Under the pieces are notes generated by a model. That model saw only the letters and a program-made list of their open reading frames with translations. It was not told where the DNA came from and ran no database searches. Shown one piece after another: positions 50,444 through 64,000 of a DNA stretch of 64,000 nt. Positions within the stretch are counted from its first letter, which is position 1. Each line of letters starts with the position of its first letter. The position numbers and the translations under genes were made by a program. Origin of the DNA: Octopus vulgaris (lineage: Eukaryota). The stretch spans positions 48,360,001 to 48,424,000 of the forward strand of contig OX597819.1 of the NCBI GenBank assembly GCA_951406725.2, in the 5' to 3' direction.

Positions 50444-53400
50444 CTGAAACAAGTGGAAGTATAGAATGGAGTTTTTTTTGGTAATGAAGAGGACGAATTA
50501 TATAGTGTTTTTTCTTTAGCTTTTTGGCAACAGACAGGAGTGCTAGGCTGAAGCTGGAAACGTAACATGAGTCCAGATCTGTGTTTCTTTCTCACACAGT
50601 TCAACAAATATATGCATAGGAGTGAATCCAATAAATTATTTCCAACTAAACAACTATTACGATAAGCTGCTTTTTATCTTTGCTCTACCTCCTTAAGTAG
50701 AAGGGAAAACAACAAATTCTATAGGGACAGCTTTAAAAGTAGAGAGAGAGAGAGCCTTGTTGGGAAAGTAGTAACAGCCCCTTGGTAGTATGCCATCCTG
50801 CTAAGCATCTATTTGCTGTTTAGTTCCACCAAGAACTATATTAACTGAAATAGGAATAAATGGCAAGTTGACATTTCAAGCCCTACACTTAAAAGTATTT
50901 GCTTTTGAAGTGCAAATAATATGAAAAGCAATAACAGCTTATATGAGCAAACTATTCCTTTCTTGAATGTTCTATTATTGGAAACTGAGCCCAAATTCTA
51001 GGATGCAATGCAACTTGATAGCCAGAGTTGCTGCTAAGAGCTTATCAGTTAATAAAAGCCCCTTGGCATACACAAGCCAATAATATTTTTGAAAGGTAGG
51101 GTATGTTAAATACTTGTATTTAGAGATATTTAAAATAATGCCACATTTTTACGTTCAACTTAGTAAAAATACTATATTTTTGAATGAAGGTACCCCCACA
51201 CATACTAATGAAAGTATTAAGTAAATTTAACTTTAATAGGTAGTACAAAGGATAAAAACTTTGGAAGGTGATGGACTGGCAGGGTTATTAGATAGTCAGA
51301 TAATATACCTAGAGGTATTTTATCATGGTTCTTTACATCCCGAGTTCAATTTTGACTTTAAATCATTTTGGAGGAGTGATGCAATCAAGAGCTAGTTAAA
51401 TACAGGGTAGGTTTCTTTATATCCTTGATGTGAATAGATTTTTATACATGAAGGTTTTCCTACCAAGAAAATGTGAAATACTTATAAGAGGGGACTTCCT
51501 TATATCTAGTCTCAAAGCAATAATAGAAATTGAATCAGAAAGATAAATATACCATCCATAGTAAGTCAATAATTAGCAAATAAGAAGAGTAGGTGTCAAT
51601 ATTTAACTTTTTAACAAGTAACCTAATAATTTGCTTCATAAATTAGGGCTAAAAAGAATGGTTAGATGAAAATTGAACCTTTTCAATTCTATTTATTAGA
51701 AATTAATTTTTATAGAGAGAAAGTTTAAAAAACGTAAAAGGGACAAGAAGTCTCTTGTGAGCTTTATATCATCATATAAATATATGTATTAATTGGAGAG
51801 GCATGTGGCTTTGTAATTAGGGTGTTAGACTCATGATTGTAAGATTATGGTTTCAATTCCTGGACTGGGCAACATAGTGTTGTTGTTGAGCAAAACACTT
51901 CAATTCATGTTGCTCCAGTCCACTCAGCCAACAAAAATGAATAATCCTGCAACAGACTAGTGTCTGGCCCAAGTCACAGAAACCAAGAAACCAACCCTAT
52001 GAGTCTCTGTGATGTGGGAAGAGCCTTTATCTTTATCCTTTAAATGTATTAATTACTTATTTCAATAGGTAATTGAATTCATGATTAACAATTAATTTAA
52101 TTTTGGTTTGTGTGTGTGTGTATAACTTGACATACCCTATCATCTTCAAATAGAAAGGAAACATCACATATAAAGTGAAGAACATGGCATATTATTTAGT
52201 CCTAAAAATACTGACTGTTGGGGAAAAATGTGACAGTCACAGCTAGAATGTCTGATTATACATTGGTCTACTTAATTTTGGTTAACTTGGAAGTTAATTG
52301 ACACCAACAGTAACTATCTATTTACAGATATGCAAACTGATCTAACAAGAGTTGTACTATTGGCCTAAAAGCAGATCAATGCTAGCAGTGGAATATGAAT
52401 TGCATATTTTTGTACCTTTCCACCTCCATATAATTGATGTTTATGATGATGTAATAAATAGTCTTTTATAATTTTATTGGTATCAGCCATTGAACTGCAG
52501 TCATGTATGTTAGAGCATAGCCTTGAAGGGGTTACTTGATCGAACTGACTCCATAACCCAGTTTTAAGTCTCTCTTATTTTATAGGTCTCTTTGTAAAGT
52601 CACTAGGTTATGGGGATGTAAACAAACCATAACTAACTGACCAGGAGAGCCAAAGATATATATAAAGGACAGCTGCATAATTTCAGTTAGCTAAATTCAC
52701 TCACAAGGCACTAGTTGGTCTAGGGCCATAGTTGAAGATACTTGCTCAAGATACCCTGCATTTACAGCCATAGAACTTACAACATGAAAGATAATTAGGT
52801 CAAATGACACACCCTACTGTTTTCATAATAAAATAAATAAAAAGACATGGCATTAGATAATTTAATCGGAAATATACTGTGACTGCTGGGAAAAAAATGT
52901 TTTGGTCACACCTAAAATACCTTTGATCATATATATATGATCAGTCTTCTTGATCTTGGCTAACCTGAAATTAATTGCCAACAAATACCTATGGATATAC
53001 CAACTGACCTAACAAGAGTTACAGCATTGGTCTAGAAATATCAATGTTGACATTGTGAAATATATAATCTATATATAAGAGTATATAGGTGCAGGTATAG
53101 TCATATGATTAAAAAGCTCACTTCAAAGGCACATTGTTCTCAGTTCAATCCCACTTCATAGCAGTAGTAGCTCGGTGAGTGAAATTTGTTAGAAACTGCA
53201 CAAAAGCTTGCCATGTACACTCACAAATACAAGTGTAAAATTGGTGCATTGAATAATGTCTCTTTAAGCCAAAAGATAATAACTATTTTATAAATGAAAG
53301 TACTAGAATCAACATAATTGACTAAAAGCCTTGAAGACATTGTCCCAGCATGACTATAGTCCAAAGACTTAAACCTTTAAAAAGAATAGTTTAGGAGGTG

Positions 53401-54832
53401 GGCAAAAGAAATTGTTGCAAGGAGAAAAATTCAAAGAACAGGATATAAAAATAGAATGATTGTAAACTGGTTTCAAAAGACTGTCACACAGAATTAACTA
53501 TTGCATTAATAATAATATTCATTTATAATGATGCCTAATGGTTCCAACATTTTAATTTAATTTCTCCAGACAGACAAATTTTAGAAATCCCTTGGGGATC
53601 TCTAAATGAGAGTAACAAAAGATTACAAATAACAGAGCAACATAATTTTAACATATTTACAGATGTGATTCCATGTAAGCATGAGCTCTCTCTCTCACAC
53701 ACACACACACAGAGTATAGATATTATTTTTGTTATTTTGTGATCCTTTCAACCTAGTTTCTGCCACTTACTACTGAAAGCTTGAAGATACTCTTTCAAAA
53801 TTATACATACATGCAGAGAGAGATATGGAAGAAAACTTTAAAATTAGTTAAATTTGATTAAAATTTTTTTCAGTTATTTATCACCTGCTCCTGTTACTAC
53901 CACCCCATCCATTCCATCATCATCAGAAAGAATGTTTTGTAATCAGGTAATCTTAGAAGAAAGAGATTAAGTAAGAGTTAGATTTATTGGCACAGCTGTT
54001 TTCCAAGAATTTATAAAGGTTTTCTATAAGAGTTAGAAGTGCTTTTGAAAACTGTTTTACATTAATATAATAACTTTCTTGTAATTTTTTTTTCTCCCTC
54101 AATACTACTTGAAAATTGTAAGAGGTAAACAAATACTGCACTAACTGAAAAAAAAGCATAGGTAATGAAAAAGTATTCTAAGTCAAGATACTCGGTTGAT
54201 TAGTACATTATCTACCAAATGCTTTGGTAATCCCACATGTATCTCTGTAGTGTTAGATCCTCAGCAAATATATTTTAAGTCCTAGAAATATATGTTCATT
54301 ATAAATGGGTTAAACATTGCTAGAGAAACTGACCAAACTATAATTTCTACCAAGCCCAGTACACTGCACTTAACAAGTAGACAGTGGTATAATGAATGAC
54401 TAAGATTTATTGTACTTAATGTTTGACTTAAGTATTTTTGCTCAACAAGTACATCCCTGAAATATATATGAATAATATGGATGTATGAGTAATGAGCAGT
54501 TTTTTTGTAAACTGTTCCAGTCAAATAAGAGGCTCAGAGTTACCAACATGGAAAAATAAATGTTTGCTTGATGCTCTTGTATGATGAGGCTGGGGGTCAT
54601 CTCAGATTAATGCTCTGAGAGGTATCTTCGTGTATAGAACTGGCCAGGTTCATCGGTGCTCCTGTGCCAGCCCCTCTGCATCCTCTAAGACAATGTTGAG
54701 CCTCTGGCCCTACTCATATTCTAACTCCAACACAACTTATTTTGAAAATATATTTAAGATATGAGTAATGTATCTGCTTTGAATATTGTATTTGTAGACA
54801 AATCCTGATCCCCACCTTTCTAAACACCTATT

Positions 54833-55062
54833 TCTTTACTACCCACAAGGGGCTAAACACAGAGGGGACAAACAAGGACAGACAAACGGATTAAGTCGAT
54901 TATATCGACCCCAGTGCATAACTGGTACTTATTTAATTGACCCCGAAAGGATGAAAGGCAAAGCTGACCTCGGCGGAATTTGAACTCAGAACGTAGCGGC
55001 AGACGAAATACCACTAGCCAATTCACCTAGAGTGCTAACGATTCTGCCAGCTCGCCGCCTTT
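54833..55062 (-). mobile_element. SINE family B (Meta-domain-like), tail type 1
   Basis: Head GGCGGCGAGCTGGCAGAA, B box GAGTTCAAATTCC, body GCCTTTCATCCTTTCGGGGTC..AAGTACCAG; flanked by TCTAA(A)CACCTAT direct repeats. Confidence 0.85.
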
Positions 55063-58000
55063 CTAACACCTATTACTCGCAATAACCCCATGGGAGCGCT
55101 CTGCCTAGGTTAAGTTCAATGATACAAACTTCAAGATAAGTTATGAAGTCTACCTAGAGTTGTAAGAATTCATGACTAAAATATAACAATTGGCTTCTTA
55201 CACGACTCACTAGTTAATAATTCACTAGGCTAAGAACCATAAAGAGGATTAATCATTCAAAGTGCTTATCATGGCAGTAATATGGTATCAATACATTAAC
55301 AGCTTATATCAGTCTATTCTACAACAACAACAAATCATTTACCGACATTTTCCTCAATATATATATATGTATATCTTCAATAACACAAAACAAAAGATTA
55401 ATAATCTAGTGTCCTTCGCTTCCTTTGGATTCTAACATCTATGCATAATTTTATCTATACAGAATTTCCTTTTATGAAATATTAGATTTATTTATATGCA
55501 AAATGATATGTTATTGCAAAAAGAATTATCAGTGTGATTTTTATCTGTAGAAGGGAGTGGGTTCACTTTCAGGAGAAACTTAATTCTGCTAAACTGCCGA
55601 AAGCACAATATTATAAGATCAAATTCAGATATTTGAGAAAAAAAAACCCTACAGTGGCCAACTGCTTCTAAAGATCCATTGACTCATATCTTCACTATCT
55701 ACTAACATTTTGCCATATGTGAAGCTCATTAAAATGAATCTTGCAAGATGAATATCTGCAAACAAAATAAAACTAACCTTACCAATCTGGAGTGCAATCA
55801 AAAGTTTAGACATTACACAGTGTTTATAGAAAAAACACATTTCATATTGTAAATTTAATTCAATACTATATTTCTCATCTAAAATCTATTAGTAGACAGA
55901 CGCAGCTTATTACTTATGAAATAAATAACGAAACACTTTCCTTAATATTTTATTTGTTGTAGAATTGTTACATTAGCTAAACAATAAATATTTGTTTCGA
56001 ACCAAGATAATTTTGGCAATGAGCTGAATTTTTTTTTTTTTTTTTCAATAGCCACACAATTTAAACAGATCTACAAAATTGCTTCCATTCAAAGATTATC
56101 CTAACCTTGGACATCTTTTTTTTCTTTTAACATCAGTTATTTGAGAATCGATATGGATTATTCCTAAGGTTATTTATTAATTTAACACTATTTTAACTAC
56201 CATCTGCTGCCATCTCACAGCAGTTTCTCTTCCGTCGGATATTTTTTCTCATTATTATATCACCATGATAACAGCAAATTCCTATTTCAATTATATAATT
56301 AGAAACAGGTTTAAAACAAATTTCTTTAACAACTTACATCAAACAAAATATACACATGTAGATGCAAATACACATTCATACAGACAAATACATATGCATA
56401 TAAATTACCAAAACAACTAATACTATGTCACATTAGTTTATCAATGTATTAAGCACTTTAGTTGCACTGACTAATTATATATTCTCTGAAACTGTTTAAA
56501 ATTTTACATTTGAGAAGAAAGTGAGAGAATGAGAAAAAAAGAAAAATAGAAAAGGTTGTTAAAAAAAGCCACACACACAATGTCATCATTTATTCTGCAT
56601 TAGGAGATAAAAGGTTAAAATTGGCAACAGAACAGTTGTTGGCACCATTTACAATGAAAGTTAATCAAGGTAAAAAGCTTTGGGGCTGTGGGTGCTTCCC
56701 TCTATTGATGTTAACTGAACATGTTATGGTAGTTGTCTTCATTTATATATATATATATATATACATTGCCCCCCCATCCTTAATATATTCTTATATTAGT
56801 GTTGTTAATAGGACATTTTATGCCAGATAAATGAAGAACTGAAAGAAAAAAACAAAACAAAACAAACAAAAGTGCATCTTCAGATCAATGTTGTAATATT
56901 AGAAACCTGGAATATTTTCCAGTACATAATTATTGGAGAGAGATATTGATCCTTTACACAAGAAAAAAAAAAAAAAAAGAAGCCAACTAAGGTTGAGTAG
57001 GGAAGGTAAAAGGAGCAGGAAAAAAGGTGGGGGAGAGAGAAATAAATGAATGAATGGAAAGAAAAAAGAAGGGAGGAAGAAGAGAATGGAATAGCTTGCT
57101 ACAGCATGGCAGTATGAAATAAAATTATCATCATCAGGTATCTGAATACCTGCCACCAACCCTCACACCTACAAGCCACAAGTCAGCCAGCCATTGACAG
57201 CTGTGGCAAAGAATCTAGATAACTTCTTAATATTTCAGTATCAAAATGCATTTATAATGCAGAGTCAACTAACATGGATAAAAAGGAGAATATACAAATA
57301 TTCAGTACATCTTAAGAAACTGCTAAGATTTCCACCAAGAATGAAGAAAGATAACAATGAAGAAATAAAAGGAATGATCTTTTATTTTTTGAATTCTGTG
57401 GTGGAATTAACACCCAACCCATTCCTGACATTGAATGTTTCAAAATACTATGAGAAGCAGAGTTGAATGGTTTAATATCTAAGGATTCTTACAAGCAGTA
57501 GTAATTGATTAAAATTCTATAGAAATAAGAGTTAGTTATCAAAGTAAATAAATGAATAAATGAAAAGGACCTTATAATACCTTTCAGAAAACACTTGGTT
57601 GGAAAATATTGATTTATTTTTATTAGTCCCCCCACCTACACTTTTATATATTACTTTTAGTTAAAATATTAAATTTGAAAATTACATTTCTAGTTTTCTC
57701 TTGCTTTTGGCATTAAGTTTTTCTTTTTATTGAATAAATAAATATATTTAATTACAACACAGTCAGCTAATTGCAAGGTCTGGATAAATTTAGAAGTCAT
57801 TTTAACTAATCATTTTTAAGTACCTACTAATAGTAAATGAAAAGTTACTTAGTGAAAGAATTAAAAACAAGAAAAAATGAGAACTCATTCTGAAACTACT
57901 TTAGAAAGATAGGAGTTGACACAGAATAACAGATGTTGGAGTGATTAATCACAGCATTGGATGTTCTTATCAGATAACTAAAACAGTGGAGTCACTAGAG

Positions 58001-58209
58001 AGTACACATGGGATGCATAGATTTTGATATGTTTGGGCTGGTTGGTTGGTAGGTAGGTAGGTAGTAATTTAATCTAACTGAAAGCAAAATTATGATTTTA
58101 AAGAGTGTATGTGTGTGTACAGGTATGTATGTATATAGTGGAGTCCATTCACATGGTTTCAGGTTCAGTCTCACTGCAGTGCCACCTCTTGAATAAGAGT
58201 TCTCTAGTA

Positions 58210-58374
58210 CAGTGCTCTGCAACTATTTTTTCACTTGTAGTACACTTATATTTTTTTTAGTATTTGGTGACACACTTGAACTAAAAATATAACTAAAAGT
58301 ATAGGGGAAAAAATTACATTCAGGTTACACTGCGGCACACCAGTGTGTCACAGCATATCGGTTGCAGAGCACCA
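58210..58374. mobile_element. hAT-type MITE nested in a family A SINE
   Basis: TIR CAGTGCTCTGCAAC / GTTGCAGAGCACCA; 8-bp flanks CTCTAGTA / TTCTTGTA (6 of 8 match). Confidence 0.65.
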
Positions 58375-58547
58375 TTCTTGTATAGTCCTAGGCCAACTAA
58401 AACTTTGCAAGTATATTTGCTAGGTCGATGCTGAAAGAAGCCTGTTTTGTGTGTGTTTGAGATAGTTCTAACTGAGTGTGACCATCATACAAGTGGTATC
58501 ATTCACTTCCAATCTGCCATGAAAACACACCTGGCTATGCAGAAATA

Positions 58548-58982
58548 TTCTTTTCTACTCTAAGCACAAGGCCCAAAATTTTTGGAGAGAGGGCCAGTTG
58601 ATTAAATCGACCCCCAGTATCCAACTGGTATTTAATTTATTGACCTCGAAAGGATGAAAGGCAAAGTCGACCTCTGCAGAATTTGAACTCAGATCATAAA
58701 GACAGACGAAATACTGCTAAGCATTTCACCCAGCATGCTAACGTTTCTTATTTCTTTATTGCCCACAAGGGGGCTAAACATAAAGGGGACAAACAAGGAC
58801 AGACAAAGGAATTAAGTTGATTACATTGACTCCAGTGCGGAACTGGTACTTAATTTATCAACGTCAAAAGGATGAAAGGCAAAGTTGACCTCGGCGGAAT
58901 TTGAACTCAGAACATAAAGACAGACGAAATACCGCTAAGCATTTCACGCGACATGCTAATGTTTCTGCCAGCTTGCCGCCTT
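58548..58982 (-). mobile_element. Dimeric SINE family B (tail-1 monomer + headless tail-2 monomer)
   Basis: Flanked by 18-bp direct repeat CCTGGCTATGCAGAAATA (58530-58547, 58983-59000). Confidence 0.85.
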
Positions 58983-60349
58983 CCTGGCTATGCAGAAATA
59001 GCACTTTGTTTGGAATCAAGATACACAAACACACACAACCACAAAAACAAAACAGGAAGCTATCATTCGTGAGCATGACCTAATAGCATGTAACATGCTT
59101 TAGATAATTGTTTTAGGTGTCTATGGAGACATCCCATCCTTGGCCTAGTAAGTGGAAGCCCAGAATATGACAGCTGGAAGTAGAAGGGCTGCATCAACAA
59201 TCTGCTGGCACTCATTTACAGCTGAATAGACTGGAGCAACATGCAATGAAGTGCTTTGCTCAAGGACACCAATGCATTGCCTGGTCAAGGAATCAATCTC
59301 ATGACTGCAAGCCCAACACACTAACCACAGTAAACCTTCACAATACATGAATGTATGTGTATGCATGTGTGAACTCACAGCAACCTATTTCTTGATGAGG
59401 TGGGTCTTTTTAAAGAATCTACATCTATTAAATAAGAAAGTATACAAAGTATACAAAAATGCTGTGTATTTACACAGAGCATTTTACAGTCATTTAAAAC
59501 ACAGGGTAGTCTGCAGTTCAGTCACCAAGATTGTTGCAACAGTTGCTTTTATACATTGCCAAACAGCTCAATCAATGACCTGGTCTAACCTTCATCCTTG
59601 ATCCATGAGTGTTTTTAGCGACACTCACTGAAATAAGTGTTCAATTTTAGAAATAATTTCCCCATTGCTTAGATATTAAAAAACAAAAACAACCGAGTAG
59701 GCAAGGTTTTAACTAATGTACTACCTAGATTGAACACTAGTAAGCTTAACCACTTTGCCATTATTTTATACCAGATATGTAAGCAAAAGAGAGTGAATGC
59801 TAATGCATATATGGTAAGACAAAAGAAAGACTGATTTTACAGTTTATTTTAGAATGTAAATTATGAGGTGACTGGAACTGATATAAAAATTTGAATTACT
59901 GAATCATTAAATTTTTATTAACAATCATTTTTCATTTGAATGGGGGCAATATTAATTTTTGCAAAATATCTAGTCAATGGAACCACTGTGACTATCTCAT
60001 GTAAAAAAGGTAGATTTATTTTGTAGCATTATGACATAACTATGATGTAATCACAAGCATCTATTGAGGTTTACTTGGTAGGAATTAATTTTCATCAACC
60101 AATCAGTAACTTGGGCTCAGTACATTTTTTTTTAATATGTTCCTAATCAGCTGTAATTGATTTCTACTCAAGTTGTTGCCTGAAAGACATTCCGTTCTAC
60201 ACATGTTGCTAGCTGGAGAACAGAAATTCTACACTTTTCAGCTAGTCTTGATAGACATGTTTAACTGAACTGTAGCACCATACATCAGTGAAGTTTTTTT
60301 TTTTTTGCTCTCTAAAATCCTACAGTAATAGGAATACATGTGCATGCAT

Positions 60350-60383
<34 letters not shown>

Positions 60384-63300
60384 CAGACATATGTACATAT
60401 GAGCTGGCATCGGGAAGGACAGGCCTTAAAACATTGCCTAAAATCTCTCATTCAAGCCATACTAGCTTGGAAAAGAAGACATAAAAACGTAATTTGTGTG
60501 TGTGTGTGTGTGTGTATATATATCAACAAACAGATGAATATATATATGTGAATGCATAAACACATGTATCAATTTGCAGATTTCAGACATTATGCCTACA
60601 TTTCTTAATGTTGAATCATCAACGAAATCATCATCATCATCATATACAGACAAAATACCATGTGTATCCTGGCTTTTAGAATAGATACATCATATTCTTG
60701 CATATCACAGAAAGTACCTAAAAAGGTTAACACCAGGAAGGTGCATCCGGTGGCAAAGCACTGCCTTAAAGTGATCTGTCCAACTCATGCGAGCATGGGA
60801 AAGCAGATGCAAAAATTATGACAAACATCATACACACGTGCAAAGACAGTGTACCAGGCATGAAAGTCTCAGAACTCGGTGTATTTGTAGAGTAACTATT
60901 ATTGTAGATACTGGAACATTCAATGCCCCACAATTATTAGTTGTCTCATTTCTAAATTCACTATAACGTGTGTGTGAGACAGAGTGGATTGGTGAGAGGG
61001 TCAAATAGGTCTTGTGGCCTCCCAAGTTTCAACATTATTCATTCTCACCATTTAACCATGTCTTCCTATCCATCACTCTCCCATACTGGTACCATGAAAA
61101 ATATCTGCAGTACTCTGTCAAGTGGTTGGTATTAGAAAGAGCATCCAGCCATAGAAACTAAGTGGATGTAAAATGACAATGAACACACAAGTTTTAATTG
61201 ACAGACTGTAGACCTTACAATGTATATTCTTTAACGCTAAAATTGAAGTTTTTATATTGGAAACACTTTGTGCTATTCAAACTGGTACAAGTCAAACATC
61301 TAGTGGTAATTAGAAAATACATTTACATTATGTATTTCCTACAAAACTAACCCAAATATATTACTGGTAGTTCCTGTCCTTAAATATAGTGTTTAGCCAA
61401 TTCCCATCATTAATGATCATAATTAAGGAAGGATTAAGGAATTCTACTGAAAAGTGGATGTGTACAGGAAGCAAATATTACACAGGATGAGAGCAATAAA
61501 AAAAAAAGAAAAAGTTTTTAAAGCAAAATTTTTAGGACAAGAGAAAAAAAGATGATAACAAGTATTAAACAATGTGAATATTAAGTTATATACCATCAAG
61601 TGTATGAATTAATTATGTGTAAAAAAATAATTTTTTAAAAAATCTCTTTAAAATGATTTTAGAACAAGAATAAAATTAATACTCCTATATAGAAGTAATT
61701 AATACTGAAATATAATTAAGAAAGAGCAATCAGAATATACTATTAACTTTGAAGAATATTTAGGAATACTCAACAGTATCAAAGAAATTTTCCTTCGTTT
61801 TCATATCGCCTGATCAAATTTCCCAAACTAATCTAATGTCAAATAATGGTGGCGCGCACACACACACACACAAACATATACTTTATTCATTTGTGGGTTG
61901 ATCGAACCCCTCCCCCTTTTTATCCCCAAAAGAAAGGCTCTACCTTGTAATTTGTCCCGTCTGTGCGCAGCCCTGTGTGGCTAATAAAGAAACATATTTA
62001 TTTGTGGGTTAACAAGGCTACCAACGGTTTCATGCAGACAATCTCAACAATTATCAAGGCTGCCAGATGAGAACATTGTTGAACACTTGTTCTCACTGTT
62101 TGATATTAGTGTATATTCAACTGTTTTTTTAAGAGTGTTTTTTTTTTTTGCATGCTTTCATGGGTTACATGTTTTACTGCTGGATGCCCTTTCTGTTGCT
62201 AACCCTTACTTTTTTTCTCAGCAAGGGATCTCTGATTCTGCATGACTTGAAAGATGTGAAGCAAGCAGATGGTCATTTGAAAAGAGGACCGACAACAACA
62301 GCACACAGAAACTTTTGGAGAATCAAGTAAAATGTAAGTCCACACACACAACTGGCTAGGATGTTGCACTCCCAATTGCGAGATAGGGTTTCAGTTCCCA
62401 GACCAGTGGTGTATTGTATTCTTATGTTGCAAATGGGTCACCAACCCTGTGACAGACTGGCATGCTGTTCAGTGGGAATGGACTATCCACTAAGCTAGCA
62501 ATGTGGCATCATTTGAAAGCTGAAACAATACATAGTGCATTTTGATTAGAGGTGTGTAACATTTGGTAGTCTGGTCTATACTATTATAGTACTACACCAC
62601 ACATATGCCTGATGGTCTTATTTCAGTTTCTGTCAACCCACTTACTCACAAGGTTATATAGCACAAGACCTATTTGTATGCATGTATCATCATCATCATC
62701 ATTTTAATGTCCACTTATCTAATGTTTGCATGGGTTAGACAGAATTTATTGCAGTACATTTTCTGTAGCTGGATGCCACCCTCACCGGTTTCCAAGCAAA
62801 GTAATATTTACCCCATAGTCAAACAGATTATCACAGAAAACTAGAAATGAACAATACTATGACAGTGATGACTACTTGCAATCATTACATGATGTCAAAT
62901 CAAGGGCGTACATATATATGGTGGGCCTCTTTCAGTCTATCAACAAAATCCCACTCACAAGGCTTTGGTTGGCCCAGTACTACTGTAGAAGACACTTGCC
63001 CAAGGTACTGTGCAGTAGGACTGAACCTGAAATCACAATCCAGTCAGGATCACTCTCTTTTTCAAATGCATCTATTACTATATTATCAATTTTTATATCT
63101 TACAAAAAAAAAAAAAGAAAAAAAAAACCCAAAATAGTAGGTGTGTGTGAGTTGAAGGAGATTTGGTTACTATTTCTAGCAATCAAACCACAAAAAATGT
63201 CCCCTTGAAGATGATGGTAGATGCAGAAAGTGTAAGAATGCAACCAGACTGGCAACAGATTGGATTAAATGTCCCCAGTCTAGATTACAGGGATTTTCTT

Positions 63301-64000
63301 TTTGGTGGGTTCATAAGAATTTTTAGGCCAAGATTCAGTCTCCTGAGGATTTCTTAAAGCTGAGAGATATAGTAGGATTTAAGATAGATTTGTATACAAA
63401 CTATATGCAGAGGACCATTTTAAAAAAAAAATTATTTTATGAGGTTTATAATTTAAGAGGCTGAGTATTTGAATCTAATTACATGCATTATGTAGTTGTT
63501 TAACCCTAGGTTAACCTTAATCAAGCATACCTATGATCAAAGACATAATATTCCATCTTTTAGGGTTATACATAGTTAATGTGTCTCCCCCCAACTCCTA
63601 GATATATATTTTTTAAAGATAACAGACTATGATTAGAATTGGCTACTATTTTTAGGAGATCAAAGCTACCTCTTTGTTTCAGGCTAAGGCACTTCTCTCT
63701 GTTTGGCATTAAGTCCCATTCCTACTTCATGGCTGAGTGGTTAGCAGTAGAAAAATCCCACAGACTGATATCTCATAAAGCTGGAGGAAGAGGATGGAGG
63801 TCTTCTGACATCAATGACATCATTGAAAACTTTTCTTTCTACAGTGATTCAAAAGAAGACTTACAGTTTCCTGTTGCCCCCACTATATTTAATAGTGTTT
63901 GAGTTTACACTAGGCACCAATTAAAAATTCATCTACACTGTTTATAGTGATAAGTTATTCCTCATCCTGGTACCTATATACAACCAAGAAGCCTGGGTCA

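Noticed and set aside
50444-64000. Upstream Smurf C2 exons (expected LPDPFAK...DPKWNQHYDL) or a nested gene
   Set aside because: No matching exon found by eye; ORFs here are SINE or microsatellite derived. The region is probably one long intron, though a small exon could have been missed

Overview
AT-rich, repeat-dense eukaryotic DNA. The SINE families and microsatellite style suggest an octopod cephalopod (inference). Two convergent spliced genes are present. On +, the last five coding exons of METTL9 (DREV-family histidine methyltransferase; 2370-11591; 5' exon(s) lie upstream of the window). On -, fifteen coding exons of a Smurf (SMURF2-like, C2-WW-WW-WW-HECT) E3 ubiquitin ligase (50443 down to the stop at 21997; N-terminal exons not found in the window). 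All splice phases reconcile except one Smurf exon (37006-37161), which carries an apparent 1-nt deletion. Introns and the intergenic region hold two full-length decayed mariner elements, a young 5'-truncated CR1-group LINE with an open RT frame, other LINE scraps, several tRNA-derived SINE families, piggyBac- and hAT-type MITEs, a non-autonomous Helitron and a foldback element. I found no clearly new multi-gene system. The most notable signals are a LINE/SINE shared 3' stem-loop with compensatory changes, a degenerate hammerhead-like RNA motif in the last Smurf intron, the Smurf frameshift and degenerate WW1, and a dimeric SINE. Coordinates were counted by hand; repeat boundaries are approximate.
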